A stretch of DNA of 64,000 nucleotides from a virus: the IMG/VR virus record IMGVR_UViG_3300025326_000025; one strand, written 5' to 3'. The translations under genes and the position numbers were made by a program. Below are positions 11,201 to 20,306 of the stretch, in pieces (position 1 is the stretch's first letter; each line of letters opens with the position of its first letter). Under the pieces are notes generated by a model, which saw only the letters and a program-made list of their open reading frames with translations, was not told the DNA's origin and ran no database searches.

Positions 11201-11598
11201 CCGAACGCCAAGTAGTGGAAGATGTCGCCATTGGCATTTGCCGCGCTAGAATACGAGACTACAAATCCATCCGAATTGAAACTGTCCAACGCGACAGTAT
11301 AATCTGTTGCCGTGGTGCTAGATGGAACCCAAAGAAGCTTAGTCGTGTCGAAACCGTCGGCATTGTCCGTCGTACCCACGTTATCGATGTTGATTCCCAT
11401 GGTGCACATGTTCTGCGTCGCCGCACCGCGTCGAGTACCGAGACCAATCGACAGAATTGCATCCCCTTGGAATGACCCTGCGGCTCCCGGCCCGGTGGAC
11501 CAAACCAGAATGGCTATCGGTTGGAAGCCAACGCCACTAATCGTCTGTGGACTGGTGTTGTTCCCCGTCCATGTCCCTTTCTTCACCGAAAGGGCCAT
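8293..11598 (-). CDS. Tail fibre/adhesin protein: GFQP three-repeat domain plus about 22 LSD repeats (1101 aa)
   Basis: Domain and repeats visible in the translation. Confidence 0.75.
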   Translation of the reverse strand: MALSVKKGTWTGNNTSPQTISGVGFQPIAILVWSTGPGAAGSFQGDAILSIGLGTRRGAATQNMCTMGINIDNVGTTDNADGFDTTKLLWVPSSTTATDYTVALDSFNSDGFVVSYSSAANANGDIFHYLAFGGADLTDANVVSHAIPTTGTSTQKTGVGFQPDVIIAIAATPSTTSGSFSAHLKLSYGVAVSNTKFWLASICADDGANMTAQMDWQKVLRTDGLLHSFAVNGAQDSLLDLDTFDTDGFTLGILDAPTTSYTAMFLCLKGGRWDAGTRQKPAGTTDTLTGLSFQPKGVLFATNAATTAPNSIVDHQEFGIGAGTSTDGTQEGYAGIVGRDAVLPTVVDRLHATDRVLELMAGGPTPVEDNEADLTGLNSDGFTLTWLNSGTQDYYGWLAFTDNAGGTTFDRSLSDSASVTDDVVALLAFLRDASDSVTVTDEMIRTWIAERAQSDSIVVTDDLLRAWNTLRDMSDSVSTTDSVVSSLSLLRALSDEQSVTDSIARVLESLRNLSDSVDVEDLGILAVLSGAPVVETTATTNGTTATANAAVNLPSGIVSGDLLLVLHRSASNTTSHAVSGGGWTNLFNDDSDGSNDRISLWYRQADGTEGATITITQTSSKFASIAYRISGAENPSTQAPEFATLVTGTDAAPNPGSLSPTGGAKSYLWLWMGGWEGEQTSPPAGNPTDYSSPLGADSGTAGLTATNCRVAAAQRTLNAASENPGSWTISVSDDWTATVVAVHPAGAGGNVFSRLLSDSVALLDDILRIMDWFRTPSDSIIVTDELLRAWITDRILSDSIAVTADDILRFLSFFAFPSDSIAVTDATGTPSIDFLRFLADTQPVADELTHFFNIMQQMSDTVSVTDTVFVGLLFWRFLADSIGSTDELAPAIVQYLRQLSDDIPVVDSPLRIANLIRALSDSVAVGEPGILAGFLFQRFLSDAIAATDSPGPFQIIFGRLLADAIATSDDLHRVFLGTRPLSDDIVVTDVLHTLAAFSHTRALSDTLAVTDDLIMFLQILRSLSDSASVSDDVSRSAILYRQLSDAVGVGDSVLAGRLFFVILSDLINATDAVTAEQIVGQTFVLFERLTFLRRSMSGEEE
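8385..9340 (-). repeat. About 16 tandem 20-22-aa R-x-L-S-D-(S/T/A/D)-x-x-V-T-D repeats
   Basis: e.g. RLLSDSVALLDDILRIMDWF / RTPSDSIIVTDELLRAWITD / RSLSDSASVSDDVSRSAILY; coordinates approximate. Confidence 0.85.
10039..10368 (-). repeat. Six tandem 20-aa LSD repeats
   Basis: RSLSDSASVTDDVVALLAFL / RDASDSVTVTDEMIRTWIAE / RAQSDSIVVTDDLLRAWNTL and following; coordinates approximate. Confidence 0.85.
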
Positions 11599-12081
11599 CT
11601 AAATTACCTTCACTTCTCGGCAGTAGGTGTTCGAGATTTCGTGCCATTCTTTGTTCGGAATCAACTCACCTGCGAATATGGCAACAGCATCGCTTGGAGC
11701 ATCGGTGGATAGACCGCCTCCCCATGACCCATCCGGGTTGAACCAGTAGTAATCGTAGCCGAATATCTTGTCTGAGAAGTGATACGATCCCGCGCCGTCC
11801 GCGCTGCCCGGGCCACCGACGTAGGTCCGCGTGTAGATGACCTTGATGAACAGGAGGCCGCTGGTAGGGAGTTGCTGCACGGCGGCCTTGATTTGCGCCA
11901 AGGTCTTCCCCTCCATGGCTACATGTCTCTCTACCATGGGTGTGCCGTTGTAGACTAGAAGGGCCTGTTTGACTTCTGTAATCCGGGGACGGTTGTTCTC
12001 TCCGGGTATCCCCAAATCGTGTCCCGTGCCGTCCTCGAAAAGGATACGGCTACCGTCCTCCTGGAGCAGTTGGAACGGCAT
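11599..12081 (-). CDS. Putative virion protein (160 aa)
   Basis: N-terminal LLQEDGSRILFEDG motif common in tail accessory proteins; located in the tail block. Confidence 0.6.
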   Translation of the reverse strand: MPFQLLQEDGSRILFEDGTGHDLGIPGENNRPRITEVKQALLVYNGTPMVERHVAMEGKTLAQIKAAVQQLPTSGLLFIKVIYTRTYVGGPGSADGAGSYHFSDKIFGYDYYWFNPDGSWGGGLSTDAPSDAVAIFAGELIPNKEWHEISNTYCREVKVI

Positions 12082-12141
12082 CGGGCACCCTCAATCGCTC
12101 CCGTAGACTTCCGATATTTTCTTGTCGGGCATTTATCCACC

Positions 12142-12477
12142 TCACGGCGTCACTTCGACCCCGAACAGGTTGAAGGCCAGCGCGGAGGACGTGTCCGTGC
12201 GGACGTCCACGAGATCCCCCGCGTTCAGGGTCATCCCAATGACCGCGATGTACGTGTCGTTCACGGGCACGTTCACGTCGAAGTAGATGTACTGCGCGTT
12301 GGTCGCTGCGGCGCCGTTGATTCGCACGCGCACCCGGAACTTCGCGGCGCCCGCGGTGATGTTGCAGATGGAGATGCTCGAGGAGATGACCTGCGTGCTC
12401 GCCGGGACCGTGTAGAGGTTGTTGTCACTCGTGTTCGCCGGGAGAACTTGCCCAAGGACCTTGTAGGTTTCTGCCAT
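12142..12477 (-). CDS. Small beta-sandwich virion protein (111 aa)
   Basis: LYTVPA..Q.IISSI.ICN...L..GD pattern; GAGGTGA RBS. Confidence 0.7.
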   Translation of the reverse strand: MAETYKVLGQVLPANTSDNNLYTVPASTQVISSSISICNITAGAAKFRVRVRINGAAATNAQYIYFDVNVPVNDTYIAVIGMTLNAGDLVDVRTDTSSALAFNLFGVEVTP

Positions 12478-12486
12478 CTTGTCACC

Positions 12487-12918
12487 TCAGAACATCGACA
12501 CCGTCCATCGAAGGAAGAGGATGTCCGCCGGCTCCAAGACGACTCCGCTGAACGTCACCCGCGCGAGGATGATGTTCGTGGGCGTCCACATCAGGACCGA
12601 CTCCCGGATCGTTGCATTGAGGCCGCTGTGGCTCGAGGAGAAGACGCTCTGCGTCGTCGAGGGTTCGGAGGCGACGTTCGTGAGCGTCTGCACGGGCGCG
12701 ACACAGTCCGCGTCTCCCGCCGCGGGCGCCTGCGGAGACGACCCGATGACCGTTCGTTTGAATCCCTGGTTCGTGTCGAGGCTTACCGTCCCGGACAGGG
12801 ACATGAGCCAGTTGAGGCCCTGATTCACGATGAGGTTATGCGTGGACCGTTCCTCCATGCGGCCGTCGGATCCGACCTTCACGACGCCGACATTGACCTC
12901 TTGAGGGAACGGGAACAT
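12487..12918 (-). CDS. Tail-collar/fibre-base-like protein, paralog 1
   Basis: HNLIVNQG...IGS....P..GD...SSSHSG...R.TFS.V.L...D.L...WTVS. Confidence 0.6.
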   Translation of the reverse strand: MFPFPQEVNVGVVKVGSDGRMEERSTHNLIVNQGLNWLMSLSGTVSLDTNQGFKRTVIGSSPQAPAAGDADCVAPVQTLTNVASEPSTTQSVFSSSHSGLNATIRESVLMWTPTNIILARVTFSGVVLEPADILFLRWTVSMF

Positions 12919-12919
12919 C

Positions 12920-13897
12920 TCACACCTCCACGAACGAGATCGTCGCGCGGACGCTCAGCGTGTCCGTAGGCTGGAGCGTCACGGGCGAGAACGTCGCGCG
13001 GTTCAGTCCTGGCTGTCCGGCGACGGAGGACCCTGCGATACCGAGAGCCATCTCGCTGACGGTCGCCGACAGGCCCGTGTGGCTCGAGGAGGCCACGTAC
13101 CGTCCTGGTGTCCCGGAAGGTTGGAAGGCGTTGGTGACGAAATGCTTCTCGAAGTAGCTCACGGTGACCCGTCCGGTCGTCACGGCGCCGTAGCCGTCCT
13201 CGTTGTTCCCCGAACTCGTGATTGCGACGGTCATCGACGCACGTAGGTCTGCGAGCTGACCGAAGTCAATGTTTCCCGTCAAGATTGCGAGGCTCGTGAT
13301 CTCGTAGGGCGTCGTATCGGAGACGCTGAACACATCGACCGTCTGCGGTCCCGTTGCCACACCGGGAATATAGAGACGGTGGCTCCACGACCCCGCGACG
13401 AACCCAACCCCGGAAACCTTCTGAGCGACGACATTGTAATTCGCGGAGACGGTCTTGAGGACATGGAACGTCGATCCGGGCGGATCGCTAGTGTGGTATA
13501 GGTCCGTCAGGACCTCCGCGGGCGGCTCGAACCCGGAGATGGTCGAGTAGAGATATGTCGCCGTGTTCGCGTCGTTCAGGCGGGCCGCGTGCGTCGCGCC
13601 GGACCCGGCCGTCCGCAGGTTCGCCTGGATGTCCGAGCTGAAGGTCAGCGTGGTGGTCTTGTTGACCACGATCGGGGACTTGACGCCCCCGTCTCCCGCG
13701 GCGGGCGCGGAACTGTCAGATCCCAGCCACGTGATGCCGAAGGGCAGTCCGCTCAGCGTGAGGACGCTCCGGAGCTTGTCGTTGATGATCTGCTTCCCGA
13801 CGGTCATCGCGAGGTTCCGGATGTCCCGGACCTCTTGCATGTGGCCGCTACCGTCGTAGCGTTCGATGTGGACATCTCCGCGCAGGGAAACTGGCAT
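12920..13897 (-). CDS. Tail-collar/fibre-base-like protein, paralog 2 (with ~180-aa insertion)
   Basis: Same N- and C-terminal motifs (RNLAMTVG..., SSSHTG..., FSPVTLQPTDTL) split by an insert. Confidence 0.6.
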   Translation of the reverse strand: MPVSLRGDVHIERYDGSGHMQEVRDIRNLAMTVGKQIINDKLRSVLTLSGLPFGITWLGSDSSAPAAGDGGVKSPIVVNKTTTLTFSSDIQANLRTAGSGATHAARLNDANTATYLYSTISGFEPPAEVLTDLYHTSDPPGSTFHVLKTVSANYNVVAQKVSGVGFVAGSWSHRLYIPGVATGPQTVDVFSVSDTTPYEITSLAILTGNIDFGQLADLRASMTVAITSSGNNEDGYGAVTTGRVTVSYFEKHFVTNAFQPSGTPGRYVASSSHTGLSATVSEMALGIAGSSVAGQPGLNRATFSPVTLQPTDTLSVRATISFVEV

Positions 13898-13911
13898 CTC
13901 CGCTCAACTCT

Positions 13912-13921
13912 TGGTTATTGG
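13912..13921 (-). promoter_or_regulatory. CCANNAACCA motif
   Basis: CCAATAACCA, 15 nt before ATG 13897. Confidence 0.65.
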
Positions 13922-13923
13922 CC

Positions 13924-15645
13924 TCATGGCGACCTCTCCGCGACGGTCATCCGGACGATGTAGACGCCCCTTCGGAGGCGCTCGATCGTGTACCCCTCCA
14001 TCCTCCCGACGAACCGCTCCTGGAGGTTGAAGTACAGGTAGAACAGGATCTCCAGGTCGCGATCGGCGACCGCAAAGGCCTCGAGGGCCGCGGCCATCGC
14101 ATCCCGATCCGACTCGTCGCCGAGGAGCAGACCCGCAACGTCCCACCGCTTCGCCTGGCTGCCGGACCCCTGGATGACGTCTTTGCCAGCCGGCACCCGG
14201 ACGACGTTCGATTTGGACGCCCGTCCGGGTGTCACCTTGCCGGCGTAGAGGAACACGGACTCGGAGCGTCCGTCGAGGTGCAGTTTCAGGATGCTCCCCG
14301 GCAAGACCGAGTTCTTGAGATACTGGACGATGAACACGTCCATGACCGGGATGTCGTCCGACAGTTCCCGGAACAGATTGCGGAACTGCTCGATGATGGC
14401 GCGTATGGAGACGGACTCGTCGGAGAGGCGCTCGTACTCGTTCGATAGATCCAGTTCGTCGATTGTCTCCACGGTCACGGGGACATCGACCTCGGCGACC
14501 ACCTGTCGGAAGAGGTCGTCCACCACGAGGATGTCGTCGGTCGGATACCGGGACGCCTCCATGATCGTAATGGGGTCCACGCCGATGACGAACGTCTCAT
14601 CCGCGAACCGTTCGGCCTTCGGCGCCCCGAACGCACGCGTGATGGGCAGGAGGAAGTGACGGAACGGGTACGCGGGCTTCGCCGCCATGCCGTTGAGGAA
14701 CGTGCGCTTCCAGATGACCGCCTGAGCGGACACCTCGATTGCAGCGCCCTCGATGAATGCGACCACTTGATCTGTGATCTGGATGTTCTTGAGGAAGTCC
14801 CTCTCGGGATTCCAGATGCGGACGAGTTGGTCCGTGACGGAGATCGAATCGGAGGGCCTCCGGTTCAGGCCCGTCTCGATGCGCACGAACGGCAGGACGA
14901 AGAAGCGCGTCGGATAGGCGGGCTTCGCGGCCAAGCCTCCGAAGAACGTCCGGCGCCAGACGATCGTGTTCGACAGGACGGAGACGGGCGGGGGAGGGGG
15001 TACATCCGAGAAGGCGGCCGTGACGCCGATCTCGAGCGTCGTGCGGAAGGAGCGGCGGAGGTTGTCCGTGACGGAGAGGTTCTGCGACAGGAAGCGGTTG
15101 AACGTGCTCCCGACGACCGAGAAGATGAGGTCGTCGTCCACGACGAAGGAGTCGGAGAATAGTCGAGAGTACGTCGTCCCGATGATTCGTGCGTCGACGG
15201 CGTCCGAAAAGGAGATGCCCACTTCCGGCAGGTCCTTCGATGCCGAGAAGATGCGACGTGGCGTGTCCGTGACCACGATCATCTGGGACAGGCGGACGGT
15301 GGTCGTACCGGCTTGGAGGGCCGCAGAGAGGGCATCCGACACATCGATGCTGTCGGATTTCCGGACAACGTATACGAATCGTACGGATCGCGTGACCGAG
15401 TCCGTCCATGACGGTCGGACGTTGATCCCCTTCGTCACGACGAATGTCCGGCGGATACCCGGGTCGTTGACGTCGATGACCTGAGACAGCCGACGGGTCA
15501 GACGTTTCGTCACCCGGACGGGAAAGTCTGAGACGTCGATCGTTTGGGACAGGAAGCGGTTCTTGATGGGCCCGGCGACGAAGGTGTGCCCCTCAATCGC
15601 GCGTATGCTGACCGTCTCGTTCGCAAAGCGCGTGAACAGGGCCAT
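13924..15645 (-). CDS. LSD-repeat protein with a C-terminal GpU/Dit-like domain (573 aa)
   Basis: About 15 LSD-type repeats, two W-R/K-RTF..G.AAKPAYP units; C-terminus similar to 15656-16078. Confidence 0.65.
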   Translation of the reverse strand: MALFTRFANETVSIRAIEGHTFVAGPIKNRFLSQTIDVSDFPVRVTKRLTRRLSQVIDVNDPGIRRTFVVTKGINVRPSWTDSVTRSVRFVYVVRKSDSIDVSDALSAALQAGTTTVRLSQMIVVTDTPRRIFSASKDLPEVGISFSDAVDARIIGTTYSRLFSDSFVVDDDLIFSVVGSTFNRFLSQNLSVTDNLRRSFRTTLEIGVTAAFSDVPPPPPVSVLSNTIVWRRTFFGGLAAKPAYPTRFFVLPFVRIETGLNRRPSDSISVTDQLVRIWNPERDFLKNIQITDQVVAFIEGAAIEVSAQAVIWKRTFLNGMAAKPAYPFRHFLLPITRAFGAPKAERFADETFVIGVDPITIMEASRYPTDDILVVDDLFRQVVAEVDVPVTVETIDELDLSNEYERLSDESVSIRAIIEQFRNLFRELSDDIPVMDVFIVQYLKNSVLPGSILKLHLDGRSESVFLYAGKVTPGRASKSNVVRVPAGKDVIQGSGSQAKRWDVAGLLLGDESDRDAMAAALEAFAVADRDLEILFYLYFNLQERFVGRMEGYTIERLRRGVYIVRMTVAERSP

Positions 15646-15655
15646 CCCGCATCCC

Positions 15656-16078
15656 TCACGGGACGCGGACGAGATCCACGTTCACGTCGAACATTCCCTT
15701 GCCGCGCCTCGCGTCGACCGAGTAATTCAGGATGAAGGCCGAGAACGACTCCTGAACGGCCCCCTCGATCGTCAGACTCACGCTCACGGCGCGCCCCTGC
15801 CAAGAGGCGCTGGTGCTGTGCCAGATGAGGTTGTCCAGCGCGCGCTCCTTCTGCACCTTTCCGGTCGCCCAGCTGCCGAGGGACACGGCAACGAGGCGCT
15901 CCCGCTTCGCGTTCGATCCGGCGGGCTGGAGGACGTCGGACGACGTACCCGGAATCGGGATGATGGAGAGCTTCGCGGACCCCGCCGGGGATAACTCTGT
16001 CGGCAGGAGGACGAGGCCGTTGTTCGGCTCCGAGAACCCGCCGCTACCCGAAATCTGCAGTCGAATGTCTGTCGTCAT
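15656..16078 (-). CDS. GpU/distal-tail-like protein (140 aa)
   Basis: IIPIPG..SDVLQPAGSNAKR aligns with VVRVPAG.DVIQGSGSQAKR in the preceding gene. Confidence 0.55.
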   Translation of the reverse strand: MTTDIRLQISGSGGFSEPNNGLVLLPTELSPAGSAKLSIIPIPGTSSDVLQPAGSNAKRERLVAVSLGSWATGKVQKERALDNLIWHSTSASWQGRAVSVSLTIEGAVQESFSAFILNYSVDARRGKGMFDVNVDLVRVP

Positions 16079-16085
16079 GTGTGGT

Positions 16086-17438
16086 TCACCCTCTCAGGAT
16101 CCTCCCGCCTTTCTTTCCGGAATGCCCGTAGATGAAGCGCGTCGGACCCGAGGTGACGGACGCGACGACCGTGTCGGAAACGGAGATGGAGTCGGAGAGG
16201 CGTTGAAGTGTTGCACCGAGCGGTCCGACCGAGAAGTACCACGCGAACGACTGCGATGGATCGGCATCGTCCATGATGCACGTGAATCCGTCGGAATCGA
16301 GGGACTTGAGATCCATGAGGCCCTCGGTCGTGTCGCTCGTGGACATGTTCGCATAGACTTCATCGTGCTCAAGAATGGTTCCTACTACCGACGTGTCCGC
16401 GTTGTCGTCGTCGTGGCATCCCTGGGCGCCACGATCCGTTGTTCCAGCGAATGCGCCCACGCTCAACTCAAGCCCGGCCGAGACCGTGTCCTCGGTACTC
16501 GCCGCCCTGCAGGCCGACACGATAAGGCCCGCTTTGGGAGCGAACCCGAACCCCGTCTCAACGATGTCCGTCGTCGTGTCCGTCTGCGTCAGGAGGGAAT
16601 CCACCCGGAAGTTCACGCCCCGGAGAGCCAGGTAGAAAAGGGTGACCGTGCCAGCGATATTCTCCGTCCAGTTGAGTCGGAAACCATTCGTGAGCCACGC
16701 TGTCAGAGTGGCCCGCCGCGCGATCGGGTTCGGATCGCTCGGGTCCGTGTCCATCCGGACGAAGATTTCCCCGGAACGGCAGTAGGACGCTGAATCGGTC
16801 AACGCCTGACCGTTCTCCGAGGAACAGGCCCAAACGGCATTCGACGGCGTAGAACCCGCCGCAGCACCGAAACTCGCTCGCGCGTGGACCGTCACCGTCA
16901 GGTCTGCACTTGCGGAATCAAGGATGAGCAGCGCATCGGGCGTGAATCCGAGGCTGGTGAAATCCTCATCTCCCGTCGCTCCGATGGATGAAACAACGGA
17001 TCCCTGTTCTACCTGAAGGTCCGATCCTCCGAGGGCTAGATACGTGACGCGATAGGTATCCACGAACGCGTTATCCGGAACGACCGAGAAGCCGTCCGAG
17101 TTGAAGGAGACGAAATCCAGCAATCCATCGACGACCCCACTCACGTCGATGGCCGATAAGCAGGCGGTCGTGTCCCGATAGCGGTCCGTGTTCGATGTCC
17201 CGGCGCCATCGTCGAGCTGCAATGACCATGTGTACCTCGACGTGGACGACACCGCCCATCCGATCGCCGGCTTCGCGTCCGCACCGCCGACGGAGTCGGA
17301 CGTACCGGTGCGCCCGGTCATGAAGAAGATGACGACTTTGGGCTGGAAGGTGCCCGCGTCGGGGTCCGTCGTGACGACGTCGATCTGGGAAGTGATGGTC
17401 GTCGTGCTGAACGCTCCAACGGCGCGGAAGAACGTCAT
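16086..17438 (-). CDS. Adhesin-like protein: one GFQP three-repeat domain plus terminal LSD unit (450 aa)
   Basis: TFQPKVVIF / GFTPDALLI / GFAPKAGLI repeats; ends RLSDSISVSD...FIYGHSGKKGGRILRG. Confidence 0.7.
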   Translation of the reverse strand: MTFFRAVGAFSTTTITSQIDVVTTDPDAGTFQPKVVIFFMTGRTGTSDSVGGADAKPAIGWAVSSTSRYTWSLQLDDGAGTSNTDRYRDTTACLSAIDVSGVVDGLLDFVSFNSDGFSVVPDNAFVDTYRVTYLALGGSDLQVEQGSVVSSIGATGDEDFTSLGFTPDALLILDSASADLTVTVHARASFGAAAGSTPSNAVWACSSENGQALTDSASYCRSGEIFVRMDTDPSDPNPIARRATLTAWLTNGFRLNWTENIAGTVTLFYLALRGVNFRVDSLLTQTDTTTDIVETGFGFAPKAGLIVSACRAASTEDTVSAGLELSVGAFAGTTDRGAQGCHDDDNADTSVVGTILEHDEVYANMSTSDTTEGLMDLKSLDSDGFTCIMDDADPSQSFAWYFSVGPLGATLQRLSDSISVSDTVVASVTSGPTRFIYGHSGKKGGRILRG

Positions 17439-20125
17439 GCCGGTATCTCCCGAAGGACACGCCCACCGTCAAGGCCCGCCGAGATGTAGATGAACTCAGA
17501 CGGTTCCGTCTCGGAGACGACGTGTGCGGATGCGATTCCCTCCGAAATCGTAATTCCGTCGGACAGACCCCGTACGAACGCGCCGGTCCCAAAGGCGAGG
17601 TATGCGATGATGTCGGCGGTGGCGTCGTTCGTCGTCCACCTGACGGTGAAGCCGTCCGTATCGTAGGATTTCATGTCCCCCGCGGCGAGCACGGACGGGG
17701 TGGATCCGTGGACCGCTGTAATGACGGCCTTCGTCATCGTGTCGTATTGGTCGACCTGCGTCGGCAAGACGGCGTCTCCACCGACCCCGGCGGACGCTCC
17801 CTCTTGGCTCCCGTCCTTCGAGGACGCGGCCCCGATCGCGAAGTTCTCATGCGCCTGAATCGAGTTCGACGATGTCTGATGGGTGTTCGCGAACAGGACC
17901 GCGCTCGGACTGAACCCGATGCCCGTGAAGGCGTCGTCGAGAGGTGCGGCCTCCGTCGCTTTCGCTTGGGTTCCTGCTTTGTATCTCCCGCCCTTCAGCA
18001 GGAGCATGACCCCAATCGTGCTCGCCGTCGCAGGCGCGTCGTTGATGGTCAGCGTCAATCCGTCCGAATCGAAGGAGGCGAGGCTCCAGTTCGCATCTTG
18101 CGCGCCGCCCGTCGTGAACGAGTACATACAGGCGTCCGTACGGAGGATCTTGTTCCAATCCATCGCTCCCGTCGTGGTGACGGCATCGTCGGCGCAGACG
18201 GCCACGCACCATTGGCTCGAGGCAGACGAGGCAGCTCCGAACGACATCGTCATGTGGTCGTTCTGGCCGCTTGCGACATGTGCCGTGTTGGCGTAGAGAA
18301 ACAGCGCGCAATCCGGTCGGAAGCCAGCGCCCGTGATGATCTGATCTGTGCCCGACGTGTTCATCGTCGGAAGGAGGACGATTGCGTCCTCCGCATCGGT
18401 CCCTCCGATGGCGAGCCAGAACAAACGTTCCGTCGCCAGCGCGACGTTGTAGGAGAGGGTGAACCCGTCCGCGTCCATGCTGTCCAGTTGAACGTTATTC
18501 GTGCCGTTCCACCATACCGATTCGTTGCGCGTCGAGTGCATCGTGTTCGTAGTCGACACGTTATCGTCGTTGCGCCACGCAATGCACCCCTGCTGGACGC
18601 TGGCCCCGCGTTTCGTCGCGAACCCGATGGATTCCCGCGTGCTCGCGACCCAGACGTTCCCGTTCGCCAGACCGCGGGATCTCCAGAATATGACCGCCTT
18701 CGGCTGGAAGTCCAGACCCGTGATGTCGTGGAAACCGATGTTGTTGTACTGGTTATCCCGCAGCACGACGGAGCCGTGCTTGACGCGGAGGCTCGGAGGC
18801 GCCGCCTGCCCGCCGTCCCCGATTGCGACATAGGTGACGTACCGCTGGGCGGTGCCGGGTGGGACGAACGGCCCATTCGGACTCGGGACAATCTGCTCCA
18901 CCGTGAATCCGTCGTCGTTCGTAGACGTCCACACGACTTCCTCCTCGATTCCGCCGGCCGTTGGTGGACCTCCCGGAGGCCATTCGGGGTCGATGGAGGC
19001 CCAGCAGCTCGTCGTCTTCGTCGTCGTGGCCGCCGCCATCGGGACCGTGCCGCCATCCGTCTCGTAGTCGAGATTTGCGATCCCCTGGGTGCCGTCCTCA
19101 TCGAAACCTCCGAGGTTAATCCCATAATCGTAGTCCGCGGGTTCCTCGTCGAGTTCGCCAAGGGACGAGTTCGTCGAGAGGAAGGCGACACCGCGCGGCC
19201 TGAAGCCCATGGAGACCGACAGGAGGCTCGGACTGTCCGTCTCGGATGCGACCCCGGGAAGATTGAGTGACCCCACGCGGCCCGAGAACGTGCCCCCGAG
19301 GATTAGCCCCAGGAAGCGCACGGAGGAGGTCGTGACCTTCGTGTGGTTGAGCGTGAACCCATCCGAGTCCCATGATATGAAGTCGGCCTTGTTGTCGCTG
19401 ATGAGATCGGCCTGCGCGCTCCCGTGCTTCGCCGACAGTAGGCATGACGATAGGGTGCTGAAATTCGCGCGGAGCTGCTGGACGTTCGTATTGTCGTTCG
19501 CGCAACAGGCCCACGCCCAGCGTCTCGATGTCGACTCGGCGGACCCCATTCCGAACGACGCGCCCGTCGCGGATCCCGTAGCGGTTTGATTCGTGTTCAG
19601 GAAAATGCCAATCTTCCCTTGGAAGCCCACTCCCGTGTAGGAACGGTTCCCCGTCGCGGTAGGACCGGTGAATCCACCGACGAACGCACCCGATACATCG
19701 CTCCCGCCGATGAAGGTGTAGTGGATGATGATGGCACTCGCCCCGCCGGGATTCTCCGTCCAGTTGACCGTGAACTTGCCGGCGTTACCTCCCGTCCCGA
19801 AGGAATCGAAGTCCGCAACGCTCTCCTGTGTAGGCGTGGAGTCTGAGAACACCTCGATGACGCGATCCGTGAAGTATCCCTTCCCGACGTTCGCCGGATC
19901 GACGCCGTTCTGGACGACATTCGAGATGCAGCCGCGCTGCGAGGGCGACGCCGCGACGCCAACTCCGAGGACCTTGTGGCCGCTCGACTCATCGAATCCG
20001 GACGTTGTCTGATTCGTCCAGAACAGGATGACGGCCTTACCGACGACTCCGCTGCCCGTGTCGATGGTCTGCGTTCCTGTGCCGGCGGGTCGCGTAAAGG
20101 TTCCCTTGACCCACGTCACAGCCAT
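17435..20125 (-). CDS. Adhesin-like protein: two GFQP three-repeat domains plus terminal LSD unit (896 aa)
   Basis: Six repeats; ends RGLSDGITISE...FIYISAGLDGGRVLR. Confidence 0.7.
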   Translation of the reverse strand: MAVTWVKGTFTRPAGTGTQTIDTGSGVVGKAVILFWTNQTTSGFDESSGHKVLGVGVAASPSQRGCISNVVQNGVDPANVGKGYFTDRVIEVFSDSTPTQESVADFDSFGTGGNAGKFTVNWTENPGGASAIIIHYTFIGGSDVSGAFVGGFTGPTATGNRSYTGVGFQGKIGIFLNTNQTATGSATGASFGMGSAESTSRRWAWACCANDNTNVQQLRANFSTLSSCLLSAKHGSAQADLISDNKADFISWDSDGFTLNHTKVTTSSVRFLGLILGGTFSGRVGSLNLPGVASETDSPSLLSVSMGFRPRGVAFLSTNSSLGELDEEPADYDYGINLGGFDEDGTQGIANLDYETDGGTVPMAAATTTKTTSCWASIDPEWPPGGPPTAGGIEEEVVWTSTNDDGFTVEQIVPSPNGPFVPPGTAQRYVTYVAIGDGGQAAPPSLRVKHGSVVLRDNQYNNIGFHDITGLDFQPKAVIFWRSRGLANGNVWVASTRESIGFATKRGASVQQGCIAWRNDDNVSTTNTMHSTRNESVWWNGTNNVQLDSMDADGFTLSYNVALATERLFWLAIGGTDAEDAIVLLPTMNTSGTDQIITGAGFRPDCALFLYANTAHVASGQNDHMTMSFGAASSASSQWCVAVCADDAVTTTGAMDWNKILRTDACMYSFTTGGAQDANWSLASFDSDGLTLTINDAPATASTIGVMLLLKGGRYKAGTQAKATEAAPLDDAFTGIGFSPSAVLFANTHQTSSNSIQAHENFAIGAASSKDGSQEGASAGVGGDAVLPTQVDQYDTMTKAVITAVHGSTPSVLAAGDMKSYDTDGFTVRWTTNDATADIIAYLAFGTGAFVRGLSDGITISEGIASAHVVSETEPSEFIYISAGLDGGRVLREIPA

Positions 20126-20149
20126 CTACGGCATCTCCGCTCGAAGAGA

Positions 20150-20159
20150 TGGTTGATGG
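20150..20159 (-). promoter_or_regulatory. CCANNAACCA motif
   Basis: CCATCAACCA, 25 nt before ATG 20125. Confidence 0.65.
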
Positions 20160-20160
20160 C

Positions 20161-20274
20161 CTAGCGCGCGTGCTTTTCCTTCCGGTGACGGACCCAATCG
20201 CGCCACGGCACCTCGTCGCCGCAGCCGCAGAGGATCGTCCCCGGTTGGACGTTTCCCTTCTTGCTCTTTGTCAT
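20161..20274 (-). CDS. 37-aa C2H2-like microprotein (not in the ORF track)
   Basis: MTKSKKGNVQPGTILCGCGDEVPWRDWVRHRKEKHAR; flanked by two CCATCAACCA motifs. Confidence 0.55.
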   Translation of the reverse strand: MTKSKKGNVQPGTILCGCGDEVPWRDWVRHRKEKHAR

Positions 20275-20306
20275 CTAGTTCGTAGCATGGAGGGATCTCC
20301 GGACGA

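Noticed and set aside
8293-15645. Possible CRISPR array or DNA-level repeat array
   Set aside because: The periodicity is at the protein level (20-aa units) with divergent codons; no identical 25-40-bp repeats with spacers were seen anywhere
2611-20125. Diversity-generating retroelement acting on adhesin genes
   Set aside because: No reverse transcriptase and no TR/VR pair differing at adenines was found
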